Assembly (NCBI GenBank): GCA_013265495.1
Contig: MU058289.1
Coordinates: 1,547,451-1,611,450 of the forward strand
From: Vicugna vicugna
Taxonomy: Eukaryota
Direction: 5' to 3'
DNA length: 64,000 nt
Both the position numbers and the translations under genes were made by a program. Within the stretch, counting starts at the first letter, position 1. Every line of letters starts with the position of its first letter. Shown here in pieces: positions 39,501 to 52,939 of the stretch. A model generated the notes under the pieces. That model did not search any database and had not been told where the DNA came from. It was given only the letters and a program-made list of their open reading frames with translations.

Positions 39501-40155
39501 TGTCGGAGTTTGGCAGGTGCTCTGGTTGGCTGAGTGGGTCCATAGATGTGAGTTTTGGTGTATTTGTGCGAGAGGGTGAGCTACAAGTGTCCTTCTATTC
39601 CACCACTTTGCTTCTCTGGAAGCAAGCTTTTTAAAATGTCCATCAACAGATAGATGGCTGGATAAAGACGCTGTGGTATGTTTATACAATGGAATACTAC
39701 TCAGCCATAGAAAAGAATAAAATAATGCCATTTGCAGCAACATGGATGGACCTAGAGATTGTCATTCTAAGTGAAGTAAGCCAGAAAGAGAAAGAAAAAT
39801 ATCGTATGATATCACTTATATGTGGAGTCTAAAAAAAGAAAAAAAAGAAGACACTAATGAACTTATCTACAAAACAGAGACAGACTCACAGACATAGTAA
39901 ACAAACTTATGGTTCCTGGGGGGGAAAGGGGGTGGGAAGGGATAAAGTGGGAGCTTGAGATTTGCAAATATTAACTAGTATATATAAAACAGATAAATAA
40001 GTTTCTTCTATGTAGCACAGGGAATTATATTCAATATCTTGTACCTGTAATGAAAAAGAATATGAGAACAAATATATGTATGTGGATATATGACTGAAAC
40101 ATTATGCTGTACACCAGAAAATGACACACTGTAAACTGACTACAATTAAAAAAAA
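36593..40155 (+). mobile_element. 5'-truncated L1 (ORF2 end plus 3' UTR), split by the antisense element above
   Basis: L1 3' sequence at 36593-36830 resumes at about 39634 and ends in poly(A); 13-bp TSD agtttgagaaaca at 36580-36592 and 40155-40167. Confidence 0.87.
36831..39616 (-). mobile_element. Internally deleted, ORF1-only (half-L1-like) LINE-1: GC-rich 5' UTR, disrupted ORF1 (about 38528..37653), extreme 3' end of ORF2, 3' UTR, A-rich tail
   Basis: ORF1p motifs MKQQRNHSQLK, LWDNIK, GTPIRLSADFS, ARREW, YPARLSF; abrupt jump near 37510 into ORF2-terminal sequence; 17-bp TSD tggaagcaa(c/g)cttttta at 36814 and 39617. Confidence 0.88.
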
Positions 40156-40766
40156 GTTTGAGAAACAAGTCTAATGATGGAGACTGGCTGATCAGATTTA
40201 AAGTTTTTGACAGTTCTTATAGCATTATAAAGAATAAGTTAATAAGAAGATCGGAAGGGTACTCATGTCTGGATGATAATAGAACAAATGAGAGGTGCTG
40301 AAGGTTGAAACCTGGACATTGAGAATAGAAACAAAGGAGGCAGCAAAATGTTACAGCAGAGCTCTACAATTTTATCACCTTGCTTAACCAAAACTTTATG
40401 CCGGCTGAATTGCAACTCATCATTTCCCCCTACCCCTAGACCCTGGAAACCATCATTCTCCATTATTTGTCCTTCTACAACTTAGAAAATAAAATGAAAA
40501 CGAAAGCTTAGGACCAGTTTGGAAGCTCCTGGGCAAGTGATAGTGAAAAGATATTAAAGAGGTCAAAATAACTTGATTTATCAAATGCAATTTCTTACTT
40601 AGAATTCTATAACTCTGGCCATTTTTTCCCCAAAATAGACTGCTATATTATTGTTATATCTAAAAATTAGGTAAATATATAATAACATTAAACATGTTAT
40701 GACTGAAGCAGATTATAAAACCGTTATTTTCAAAAGATTAAAACTATCTAAAATAAAAACAAAGAT

Positions 40767-43700
40767 GGGAGGGACATCATGGAAGATGGCAGATTAGGAA
40801 GATCCAGGAATTGGTTTCTACACCCAAACAACTATCGGGCTGGCAAACACAGTCTGAATAAACCTTTTTGGAACTACAGAGTCTAGTCAAATGCTTGTAG
40901 CACTCAAAGGAGCTCCTAGTGAAGAAAGAGGCTGGTGACTGTCAGTGATTTTTGTCATTTTACAGTGGCTGGCTATTACCATTCATCATCTCCCATCTCT
41001 GTAAAAGGAAGCTATGGGGACAGTGGCCTGTGTTCCCTGTGCTGCTTGCTGGTGCCAGGTGGGCAACAGAGACTTTGTCCTCCAAAAAATTGGGGTTGTA
41101 TGATATGATCTGCCTAGAAATTCACTGAAGGATGGCCATTGTTTCAATCCTCAAATGTGAAAAGATGGCTTCCCTCACAGTGTTGGTGAAGGTATTAAAA
41201 AGAGCTAGAATATCCTTTTTTCCTTCAACAAAAGCATAATGTATGTTATAAATTGCACACGTACATGGAACATTTTTCAGGACAAATCAAATGTTAGGCC
41301 AAAACTAATGCTCAATAAACTGAAGAAGATGGAAATTTTACAAAGTATCTTCTCTGACCACTTTGAAGCTAGAAATTAATAATAGAAGGTAAACTGGAAA
41401 ATTCACATGTGGAAAATTCACAAGTATGTGGAAACAACTCACTCTTAAATAATCAATAAGTAAAAGAAGAAATCACTAGGAAAATTAAGAAAACACTTGA
41501 AGACAAAAACAAACAAACAAAACAACCCACATGCCAAAATTATGGGATGTGGAGAATGCCATACTCAAGAGGGAAATTTATAATTGTAAATGCTATATTA
41601 AAAAAAAATCTCACATCAACTTTATTAAAAAACTAGAAAAAGAGCAAACTAAGCTCAAATCCAGAAGGAAGGAAATAATAATAGAGCAGAGATAAACAAC
41701 ATAAAGAACACAAAAACAGAATCAACAAAACAAAAAATTGATTCTTTGAAAAGATCAACTATTTTAGACAAAACTTTAGCAAGACTAAATAGACTTTCCA
41801 AAGAAAAAGGTGAGAAAAATGTAAAAAACTAAAACCGGGTGAAAGCAAGGACATTACTACCAACCTTATAGAAATTTAAAGGCTTCTAAGAGAATACTAC
41901 AAACAATTGTATGCCAACAAACTAGATAATCTAGATGGAAAAGAAAAATTTCCAGAAACTACAAGTTACCAAAACTAACTCAAGAAGAAACAGACAATCT
42001 CAACAGAGCTATAACAAGTAGAGATTGGACCAGTCATCTAAAATCTCCAAAGAACCAGGACCAGATGATTTCACTGGTGAATTTTACCAAAACATTTTAA
42101 GAACCAACATCAATCCTACTCAAACTCCTCCAAAAAAACAGAACAAAGGGGAACACTTCTTAACATATTTTATGAGCCCAGCATTACCCTGACACCAAGG
42201 TCAAACAAAGATACTATAAGAAAGCTGGATCAACATCTCTTATGAATGGAGATGTAAAACCCTTCAACAAAATACTGACAAACTGAATTCCAAAGTACAT
42301 TAAAAGGATTATACACCATGACCAATTGGGATTTTATTCTAAGAATGCAAAAGTGGTTTAACATGAAAAAAATTTCAATGTAATAATATACCACATTAAT
42401 AGACCAAGGCAGGTAAGAAACCCTGAGCATATCGCAATAGATGCAGAAAAAAATCTGACAAAATTTAATACCCTTTAATGATAAAAACACTTAGCAAACT
42501 AGGAATCAAAGGGAACTTACTTAACACGGTAAAGGCATATTTGAAAGCCCACAGCTAACATCATATTCAATGGTGAAAGACAACCATTCCCCTAAGAATG
42601 GAAACAAGACAAAGATGTTTACTTTCACCACTGCTATTAAACAATGTACTAGAAGTCCTAGCCAGCACGATTTGGCAAGAAAAGGAAATAAGAGGCATAG
42701 AAGTAGGAAAGAAAGAAAACTTTTTGTAGATGACATGTTTCCACATATAGAAGAGCCCATAAAATCTATGTTTAAAAACCTACTAGAGCTAATAAATGAA
42801 TTCAGCAAAATTATAGGTACAACATCAACACAGAAATCAGCTGTGTTTCTATCTACCAACAATAATAAATCCAAAAAGGAAACTAAGAAAACAATCCCAC
42901 TTACAATAGCATCCAAAAGAATAAAAGATCTAAGAATAAACTTAACCAAGGAGATAAAATAACAACTACCAACTCTTGCTCAAAGAAATTAAAGAAGACC
43001 TAAATAAATAGAAAGCCATCCCATGTTCATGGGTTGGAAGACTTAAGATCACAATGGTCCCCAGAGTGATCTAAGATTCAGTGCAATCTCTATCAAAATT
43101 ACAATGACTTTTCCCCCTTCAGAAATGGAAAAGTTAACTCTCAAATTCATATGCAACTTCAAGGGAGCCCAAACAGACAAAAGAATTTTGAAAACATTGG
43201 AGGATTCATACTTTCTGATTTCAAAACCTACTACAAAGCTACAGTAGTCAAAATAGTGTGGTACTTCCATAATGGTAGACATATAGATTTATGGAATGGA
43301 ATACAGAATACAGAAATAAACCCAAATATCTGTGGCTAATTGATTTTAGACAAGGATCCAATATAATTCAATAGGGATAACTGAGTAGCCTCTTCCAAAA
43401 ATGGTTCTGGAACAAATGGATAACCACATATGAAAGAATGAGGTTGAAATCACACCTTATTCTATACATAAAAATTAACTCAAAGAGAATGTGATATTGA
43501 AATATAACATTTTATACACACACACACACACACACACATACATGTATATATGTCTTTATCTCTAGCTCTTGGCCAGAACTCCTAAAACTTTGGTAATTTC
43601 CTAAGAGATAAAGGTATAAAGAGCATCTTTTATTCTAACATTTCATCTTTGAACCCTGGTTTCTGACATAGAGCTCCTAAATCTCTTAGAATTTTCTGGA

Positions 43701-45187
43701 TGATTATCAAAGCATCTTTTGTTCTAATGAGAAGACTCTTGGTGGGCTCCTGGATAGCTTCAGGAAAAGGGCTGGTCATCCGAAAGACTAAGCTATGATT
43801 AGAAGCTTGGAACTATCAGTCTGACCTCCCATCTTCTGGGGAGGGGAGAGTGGCCTGAGATTGAGTTAATAATTGAACATGTCTATGTGATGAAGCCTCC
43901 ATAAAAATGCATCAACTATGGGGTTTGGACAGCTTCCTGGTTGGTAAACATGTAAAGGTGCTGGGAGGGTGATGTGCCTGTAAAGCTCTGTAGGTCTTCC
44001 CACATATTTTGCCCTATGCATCTCTTCTATCTGGCTGTATTGAGTCTAATAAGTAAACTGTTTTATTAAGTTCTGTGAGCTGTTGTAGAAAATAACAAAC
44101 CAAAGAGGGGGTTGTGGGAATCCCCAATTTATAGTCAGTTGGTTGAAAACAGAGGTCATAACCTGGGACTTGAGACCAATGGGTGGAGTGGAGGAGAGTC
44201 TCATGCGATCGAGCCCTTAACCTGTGAGATCTGACACTAACTTCAGATAGACAGTGTCAGAATAGAATTAAATTGCAGGACACCACTTGATGTCCAGGGA
44301 ATTGGAGAACTGACTGATATGCGGAAAATCCCCCATACATTTGGTGGCCACAGTAGAGGAGAAACACAGTTTTACTTTTAGTGGGTCAATGACCTAACTA
44401 CAAGAGCCAAAAGTATGAACCTATTAAAAGAGAACATAGGAGAAAATCTTTAGGACCCTGAATTTGACAATGGATTCTTAGATTTGACACTAAAAGTCCA
44501 AGCAACAAAGAAAAAATAGATAAATTGGACTCCGTAGAAATCAAACCCTTCTGTGCATCAGAGAATATGGAGAATATCAGAAGACAAACTATGGAATAAG
44601 GGTGATATCTGCAAGTCTTATTTAAGTGTTTAATATGTAGAATATATAAAGAATTCTTAACAAAAAGACAAACAATCCAATTAAAAATGAGCAAAAACTT
44701 GGAGATACTTCTCAAAAAGAGATATACAAATAGCCAACAAGTTTATGGAAAAATGTTTAATATCATTGGTTATTATGGAAATGAAATAAAAACCATCTTG
44801 AAATATCACTTCATAATTACTAATACGGTTTTAATAATAAAATCACTGTGCTCAAGCTCCTCCATGTTTTTAACAAATGGCCATGACTTTAGAGAAATGA
44901 TAATAAAATCAGAAAATAACAGATATTGATGAGGATGTGGAGAAATAGGAATCCTTGCACATTGCTGGTGGAAAGTAAAATGGTGCAGCTGCTGTGAAAA
45001 ATAGCTTACTGGTTCTTCAAAAAATTAAACATATAATAACCACATGACTCAGCAATTTCACTCACATGTGTGAAAACCTATGTCCGCACAGAAACTTACA
45101 CATGAAATGTTTCAAGTAGTATTATTCATTAACAGCCAAAAGTTGGAAACAACACATATGCCCATCAACAGATGAATAGATAAATTG

Positions 45188-45200
<13 letters not shown>
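40767..45200 (+). mobile_element. Older degraded L1 (5' end, then ORF2 fragments), interrupted by an LTR
   Basis: aagatggc-type 5' end; ORF2 remnants (ORFs 42570..42962 and 43151..43339, e.g. LFVDDM, LSDFKTYYKATVVKIVWY). Confidence 0.82.
43490..44380. mobile_element. MER21-like ERVL LTR inserted in the L1
   Basis: Starts tgtgatattg; contains gagctcctaaa, tctaatgag...ctcttggtgggctcctggatagcttcagg, characteristic of MER21 as recalled; L1 resumes afterwards. Confidence 0.7.
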
Positions 45201-45240
<40 letters not shown>

Positions 45241-45812
45241 TATATTAAGAGTAGGCCAGTAGGCTGGAGATAATACAATTCTTAACAAAAAGACAAACAA
45301 TCCAATTAAAAATGAGCAAAAACTTGGAGATACTTCTCAAAAAGAGATATACAAATAGCCAACAAGTTTATGGAAAAATGTTTAATATCATTGGTTATTA
45401 TGGAAATGAAATAAAAACCATCTTGAAATATCACTTCATAATTACTAATACGGTTTTAATAATAAAATCACTGTGCTCAAGCTCCTCCATGTTTTTAACA
45501 AATGGCCATGACTTTAGAGAAATGATAATAAAATCAGAAAATAACAGATATTGATGAGGATGTGGAGAAATAGGAATCCTTGCACATTGCTGGTGGAAAG
45601 TAAAATGGTGCAGCTGCTGTGAAAAATAGCTTACTGGTTCTTCAAAAAATTAAACATATAATAACCACATGACTCAGCAATTTCACTCACATGTGTGAAA
45701 ACCTATGTCCGCACAGAAACTTACACATGAAATGTTTCAAGTAGTATTATTCATTAACAGCCAAAAGTTGGAAACAACACATATGCCCATCAACAGATGA
45801 ATTGATAAATTG

Positions 45813-45851
<39 letters not shown>

Positions 45852-45893
45852 TATATTAAGAGTAGGCCAGTAGGCTGGAGATAAGTTACAATT
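44652..45893. repeat. Near-identical head-to-tail tandem duplication (period 625 bp)
   Basis: 44652-45276 is repeated from 45277; identical 80-aa ORFs at 44687 and 45312; (AC)22 versus (AC)15. Confidence 0.95.
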
Positions 45894-46144
45894 TGAGTCC
45901 AAAGGTGGTTTGCTGGCAGAATTCCTTCTTGTTCAGAAGAGGTCTATCTTTGCTCTATTAAAGCCTTCAACTGACTGGATGAGGCCCACCCACATCCCAC
46001 ATCATGGAGGGTAAACTGCTTTACTCAAAGTCCACTGATTTAAATATTAATCTCATTTGAAAAACATCTGAAACATCCAGAGTATCTGACCAAATATCTG
46101 GGTACAGTGGCCCAGCTAAACTGACACAACACTAACCATCACAC
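45860..46144. mobile_element. MLT2-like ERVL LTR fragment
   Basis: ccttcaactgactggatgaggcccaccc ... aactgacacaacactaaccatcaca terminus. Confidence 0.65.
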
Positions 46145-48859
46145 AACTCCATCAGTAATATTTCCAGGTGGAAGTAACACATTCTTCCTCTAAAAATCAC
46201 ACAGCATTCTATCACTGTCTATACCTACCCTTTCTAGAATTGAAAGATCTTCAGAAGAAAGATCTGTAATCCCACAGTATCTAATATAGTGCCCTACATA
46301 TTGCTGACATTTGAGTATTTCTTGAATAAATAAATTCCACAGTGGAAAAAGCTATTAAGTAAGCTATTTCCAAAATTACTAATCACTGTTTAGTATCAAG
46401 GGAATTGAATTAAATTATCCAATAAACCTACTTAGAATAAAATGGGAAAATGACTATTTACAGCAAAAAGAATTAGCAGCTGGACATCAATAGGATGGGA
46501 AGACAGAAAAACTAACACACAGAATTAAAAAACAAAACAAAACAAAACAGTATATATGCACAAGCATCAAACCAGGAAAAGAAAAAAATGGTGAAAAGCT
46601 GCATTTGGTATTTTTCTTCTTCTGATATTTATCTTTAAGCTCTTGTAGCATATCCAGTATCATATACAAACTCTTGCTGAAACTATCTGAGATACTACAT
46701 ATTTAGAATAAACTGCTATATAATATGGGTTTAATATGTCTTAATTACTTAAATATTAAAAGATCTCTGTTTATCATTTATCAGTCTTCTACAATGTGGT
46801 ACCCTTGCATAGACCCTGATGACAGGATGGTAGTAAGTAGGCTCTTTCACTTGGGCAGGGAATTTTAAAAAATCAGATTCCACAGGCCTGCTCTTTGAAT
46901 CATACCAAAGCCTGTCTCCACAAACCTCCACTCTAACTAGTTTAGGCCTACATTTCTTCTTTCCCAAACTCTTAAAATACTCCAACTGACCTTAATATTG
47001 TCAACTTCTTCCCTCAACCCCAATTTTTGCACACTGCTGTCAGCATAAACTTCCTAAAGCTGGACTCTGACATATCACTTTATTGGCTAAAAACTTTCAG
47101 TGGTCCTCTACAATCCACCAAGAAAACTCAGACTTGTTAACATGCCATTCAAATGACAAACTGAATAAATTAAGATAAATTTAGCAGTGGAAGCAAAATA
47201 AAGAGGGTGGGGGTGCTTGAGTCTTCCAGAGCTGTTAGTTCTTTTCTTTCCTTTGTGACTTCGTTCTCAATCTGTTGCATTGTCCATTTCTTCCACAACA
47301 ACCATGAAAGGAGTAAGTGAAAGGCATTCCACTTCAAGGGAATCTTGTGAAAAGGCCCCAGGTCTGAAGGAACCTGACTGATCTGAAGACCTAAATGGCT
47401 ACTAGTGTTGTCCTACCTTAAGTGAGTTGCAAGGTGTTGCGGATCAGAGTAAGAGTCTTGGACTTTGTTAGTTGTCTGTGCATTCACTTCCCTGACAAGA
47501 CTACAAACTTGCTGTAGTCTGGACATTTCCTCCCAGATGTCCTCTTCATATGGCTAATTGTGACTATCTGTCAGGCCCTAGCTTAGATGCTAGGTCCTCA
47601 ATAACCTTGTCTCTGTTGCTCCCTTTTGTTTCCTAGCACCTAGCACAGTGTCTAGCACTTAGTCATAGTAGGCACTCAGTAGTTCTCTTGAATGGATGTA
47701 AAAAGCTCCAGGCAGATATAAGCTTCGCCTATGCCCTATTTGCTCCATGAAGTCTTTATTGTGGTAGGTACCTCTGCTCCCAAATGTGCCTAGGTTTCTC
47801 CAGAACCTCTAATTTACCCTCAACAGAGAGTACCAGGGTTGGAGAGGAGTAATGTGAAATGCAAAAGGGGTATTTAGAAATCTAGCCACTGTTGGAACAA
47901 ATTGCAAGTTAATCATCCAGTTTTTACCCCCATCTTCACCCGATTACTTTATAGTCCTTCTTTCTGTTACACATGATGATGCCAAATTCCTGAGTCTCTT
48001 AGGAGTTTGGATGCAAATCAGGTTTACTTCTTGGCTTTACCCAATGTCTACTTAGTTTGCAGCTTTCTAAATTCTGCTAAGAAGTCATTTAAACTAATCC
48101 ATTTGTTTTTTAGCCTCCAAAAATTTGTTGCTGTTGTCTCCTTTCCAAATCTTTGTCCTTTTATGGGTTTATGCCTTAAAAAAAAAGTCCTTCTCATGTA
48201 GCTTTAGAATTAATCAACAGGAAGAAAAAGTAAAAGTACAATCTGTAGTCTAAATTTAATCCTGACTCTAAGCTGCTTTCTGTTGGGCATTCTTCCTTGT
48301 GGTCTTGTATTTTAATCTCCCAAACTATAAGAGCAAATTCACTGCTTAATTTAAAATAAATTCACCCAATTGGAAGAAAAAACAAAAGAAAACAGGAGAG
48401 GAACACAAACTAATATAAGGGTCATAGAGAGAGAGAGTAAATTTATTAAAGAGACTTGAAGTCTTCAGATTTACAAGATCCACAGAGAACCACTGAGGGA
48501 AAAAAAAAACATACCAGTGTGGCAACATTTCTGAACACCAAGAATAAAGCTTCCAGAGAGAAAAGTAACTGGAATCAGATTGGCATCAGCAACACCAGAA
48601 TGTTAGAAGACAACAATTCAGTAACTTCAAAGTTCCATAGAAAAAAAGATTCTGAATTTGTAATAAAATAGCTAGCTAATCAAGTCATCAAGAAAAACAC
48701 AGGTTCACTAAGAAAATCTGCCACCCACACATCCCATGTTTTCGCTTTGTTTTGTTTTTAAATGACAAGGATGCAGTGAAGCAATATTGCAGAGGGAAAC
48801 AGAGAATTAACTAAGAGTCCAACACTGTTAACAAGAAACAAGAAGCTCTATGTGTCTCT

Positions 48860-49620
48860 GAATAAACTGGTGAGAGATAATGGAATAGCAGCAAGTAGAA
48901 GTGGTAAGAAGTCAAATTCTGGATTTATTATTAAAGTAGAGCTGACAGGATCAGAAATACATATGAGTAGTAAGAAAAATTAAGGATGACTCAAAGGTTT
49001 TTGTCTTACCAACCAGAAGAATAAATTGTCATTCAATTAGATGGAGAAGGCTAGATGGAGAAACAAGTTTGGGACATGCCGAATGACAGATGCCTACCAG
49101 ACATCACTCCAGGTGGAGAGGCGAAGGAGGCAGATGGATATACAAGTCAGGAGTTCAGAAGAGAAGTTCAGATTGGAGATAAGAGTCAGTAATCTATAGA
49201 TAGCATTTGAAGCCATGAACTGGATGAAATTATCAAAAGAGTACAGATGATAAAATAAATAAGGAAATAATTTGTAAAAAATAGCAAAGAAAAAAAGAGG
49301 GGAGAGAGAGAACAAGAAAGAGAAGATATGAGCCCTGGAGCTCTCCAACATTTAAAGGTTTAGGAGTTGAAGAATCAACAGAAACTAAGATGCAAGCAGT
49401 GAGGTATGAGAGAAAACCAGCATAACATCAAGTGAAGAAAGTATTATAAGAAGAACAGATCAATTGTGCCAAATGCTGCTGATCAGTAGAGTGCACTGAA
49501 GATAAAAACCAACCACTAGGTTTAGCAACATGCAAGTTTTTGGTAACCTTGATGTAGACAACTCCTTCAAGGAGTTTTGGTGTAAACAGAAGGCTAGAAA
49601 TGGGACAGTACATAGAAAAG
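48860..49620. mobile_element. L2 LINE fragments
   Basis: ttctggatttattattaaagtagagctgacagga...aaggatgactcaaaggttttt...gcagatggatatacaagtcaggagttcag. Confidence 0.65.
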
Positions 49621-52352
49621 AGGAACTGCAGTTAAGAATAAAAGTGTTTTTTTTTTTTTGGTTGTTGCTGTTTTTCAGATAGGTGAAATAATAACATTAT
49701 CTGTGAGGAGACAGGGAGGATCCGGTAGAGAAGAAAAAACTGAATACACAGGAGAGAAGAGAAAGAATAGAGAATTGCTGGAGCAATGTCCTTGAGTCAT
49801 CAAGACGGGATGACATCTACTGTACAAGTGGAAGGGTAGTTTTAGAGAGAACAGCTTATCTATATTGATCAGAGAAAAGCAGAGATTTGGGGCACAGATG
49901 CAAGTAACAGGTTACAGGTGGGAAGAATTGATCTCAACTAAGTAAGAAGCAGGGTTCACAGACTAAAAGTGAAGATGGGCGAGGAGGTGTTCGAGTTCTG
50001 AGGAAAACAAAGAATGGAAGAGGCAGAAAAATGGAATGAAAGGACCATGGGAATATAGCACAGATAAAACATGGGAAGTAACCACGACTGCTGGGCTTAG
50101 TGAACATAAATTTACAGTGAAACTGGTCAGCGTGTCTGTGTTGATATAAGCAAGGCTGTGGTTTCTCCAAGCTTGTGCAAGAAAGCAGGAAGGGAAGGGG
50201 GTTCAACACTATATGCTCTGTACTGATTGTAACAACTGCTAGTGGAATTAAATCAGGAAGTAAATTTATGAGAGTGTGGGACAGTGAAAGATAGTAAGAT
50301 CAACAGACTCTAGACTACAATAGATATGAATGACTGATGGATTTGGGGTACTACAGATTGAACACCTACACAAAGATGCTAGAAATAATCCAGATGCTGG
50401 ATAGCTGGAAATAACAATGACAGAGCTACTATCTATTAAGTATCTACAATAAACTAATTACTTTTAGTATTATCTCATTTCATTCTCAGAATTATTCTGA
50501 AAGATGGGCATTATTATCCTTACTTAAAAGATGAAGAAGTTAAAGCTAAGATTAAATAACTTGTCTCAGGTCAAAGACCTTCTAAGTATTCCAACTGGCC
50601 TTTTGGGTCACATTTTCTTACAGAAATAAACACCCCATAAAACCAGAATAAAATTCTTGTGAATGAAATATTTTACAGACTAAAACACTTTATCCATTTA
50701 AAAACTTATTTCAAAGCAACACATAGAAAATAAAAGGTAAACTGTTCCTACAGAGAGGACCTTCTATCACAAACTAATAAATTAAAGTTAAACCATCTAC
50801 AGTTACTACTCTTACTACTTTGGCATTCAGCTAAACACAAAACTCTTGCTATGTGTCATGCACAGATAAGATTTCTTCACTCTTACTATTTCATTCCTTC
50901 TACTATTATTTCCTTCCGGTTTTATGCTGTTTTACTTCTGATTCAGAACGTCATGGCCTATCTTACTGGAAAATGCAGTTTTTGGCACCTGACTTGAGAC
51001 TCCCAGAATTACCAAGAATTTCTTCAGACTATGCAGCAGCAACAACAAACTGTTTCCAAGGTTTCAAGTTCTGGCAACCTCACTAAATAGGGCAACCGAA
51101 AGAAATTGCAGCATTAAGTTTCATCAGATATTTGCGTTCTAGGTAGTGATTTTGTGAATTGCTAGATTCAGATCCCCAGCTCATGTGAGAATGCAAAAAA
51201 TCAATAAAGCACTTCATAGGCATTTCATCCATCATACAAAGCTCTTCCTCTCACTGGAGTTTATAATTATGTGGCTAATTAACAATCAAGACATGGGTAA
51301 GCTATGCCAATGGACAAGACTTAACAGATTATTAAGGAAATAATCCATTACTAATTTACCTGCTTTTATATTCCTCCACCAATCACCTGATTTTAAGGAC
51401 AAATAATTTTAAAAGCAGCTGGCTTATATAATCATTCTTTTTCACAAAGTCTCTTTTCCTAATGCAATGGCAACCTGATTTTCATTTGAGGGGTATATTT
51501 TCCAGGTACAGCTAACTAAATATATGCTAGATAAGGATTTTATTCATTTTAGCCTATCTCATTTAGTGTTAAAATCTATGTATATAATGCTTATAGGAAA
51601 TGTGAACTTCCTCCACCTTTGAGATTCCAGTAATTACAAACCTTCAATAACTACAAGTGTCCTTTCAAATATTTGCCAAGAGCCTGCTATGTGCCAGGCA
51701 CTGTTCCAGGTACTGAGGATAGAGCAATGACTGAGACAAAACCCCGCCTTCACAGACCTTCCAATCTGTGGAGAATCTCTTGGTAATCAGGATCTAGTAT
51801 GTGCTTTGGGCGTCATAGTCACAGATACAGGTGCATATACAACTGGAAGTATTCCACAAACTTGCATGTCACCATTTTACAACTCCCTCAAATGTCCTGA
51901 ATTGAGTCTTCTCTTAAATTTTAAAAGAAAATTATAATTGAGCTTGAGTCATAAGGTAAAACTCTCCCTCCCCAACGATGTCATTTAAATAATGTCATAA
52001 GATTTTATACTCTTGTATCCCTATTCTCTGCAACTTTTTACTGTTGGGGAGGAGCAACATATCTTACGTGTTTTAATTTTAAAGAAAGATACAATTGTGG
52101 AAAAGCATTATTTGGAGATATCCTCAAGAGATTTCTACAAAATTAATAAACTAAAATGCTAAATCATTTCCATTTACTCATTCACTTAATAAACATTCAT
52201 CTGCCCCAGGAGCTCAGGCTCTATGTGGGGAGGGAAAGTGAAGAGAGATAACAAAACACATGCAAATAAGCAAAGAAGACTATGGGTAGGTCATGATCAG
52301 TACTAGGAAGAAAGTAACTCAGAGCTGTGACAAAGACTACAAGAAACAAATT

Positions 52353-52430
52353 TGGTGGGAGGGGGTGGGTATGTGCACGAAGTCCTGGGTTCAATTCCCC
52401 ATACCTCCATTAAAAAAAAAAAAAAGAAAG
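52353..52430 (+). mobile_element. tRNA-derived SINE, partial
   Basis: gtcctgggttcaattccccatacctccatt plus poly(A); TSD aagaaacaaa (52341-52350 and 52431-52440). Confidence 0.75.
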
Positions 52431-52661
52431 AAGAAACAAACTACAAGCCAGATTATCTATTAAGATACTCAGACTGCCATTAAAGTTGCCTTTAAAGCTT
52501 CTTGACATTGATTTAGAAGATTCCAAACATCAAAGTTCATCAAACTTACCTCAATTTCACTTTTATGGAACTAGAGGCAGTCTGTGAAATCTCTGGCAGA
52601 AAATAAAGGATATCACCCACTCGGCAGTACCTTTGGGATTGACTGGGCTTTTGATTATGTA

Positions 52662-52797
52662 TAGTGTGGTCATACAATTTACTATCCAAACTGGAACATT
52701 TTCAAGAGAGAAAAGGGATGTTTTAATAATTGAGACAGAATAACAGGCACAAATAAGGACTTTCCACCAGGGCAAACCAGGCCATATGGCCACCCTG
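52662..52797. mobile_element. MER94-like hAT-Blackjack fossil
   Basis: Degenerate terminal inverted repeats agtgtggtcata ... tatggccaccct and a matching internal sequence as recalled. Confidence 0.6.
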
Positions 52798-52939
52798 ATT
52801 ACAAATTACATCAAACAGAACTATTCCAAGTTTTCAAGAGTATTCTATAGTTTCAGATGGATTTAAATTGTAAGTAATACCCAAGTAAAGAAACTAAATT
52901 ATAATTTAGATCATATAAACTAAGTGACTCCCTTACCAA

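Noticed and set aside
38530..39743. Cluster of 60-158 aa ORFs and a CpG-rich patch resembling a second gene or promoter
   Set aside because: They lie in the GC-rich 5' UTR of the antisense L1-derived element and its junction.
42230..43339. Reverse-transcriptase-like ORF fragments as an active retroelement
   Set aside because: Multiple frameshifts and stops, a degenerate catalytic motif (FVDD) and an LTR interruption show a dead L1.
44687..45554. Two identical 80-aa ORFs suggesting a duplicated small gene
   Set aside because: Non-ORF2-like open frames in decayed L1 sequence, duplicated passively with the 625-bp unit.
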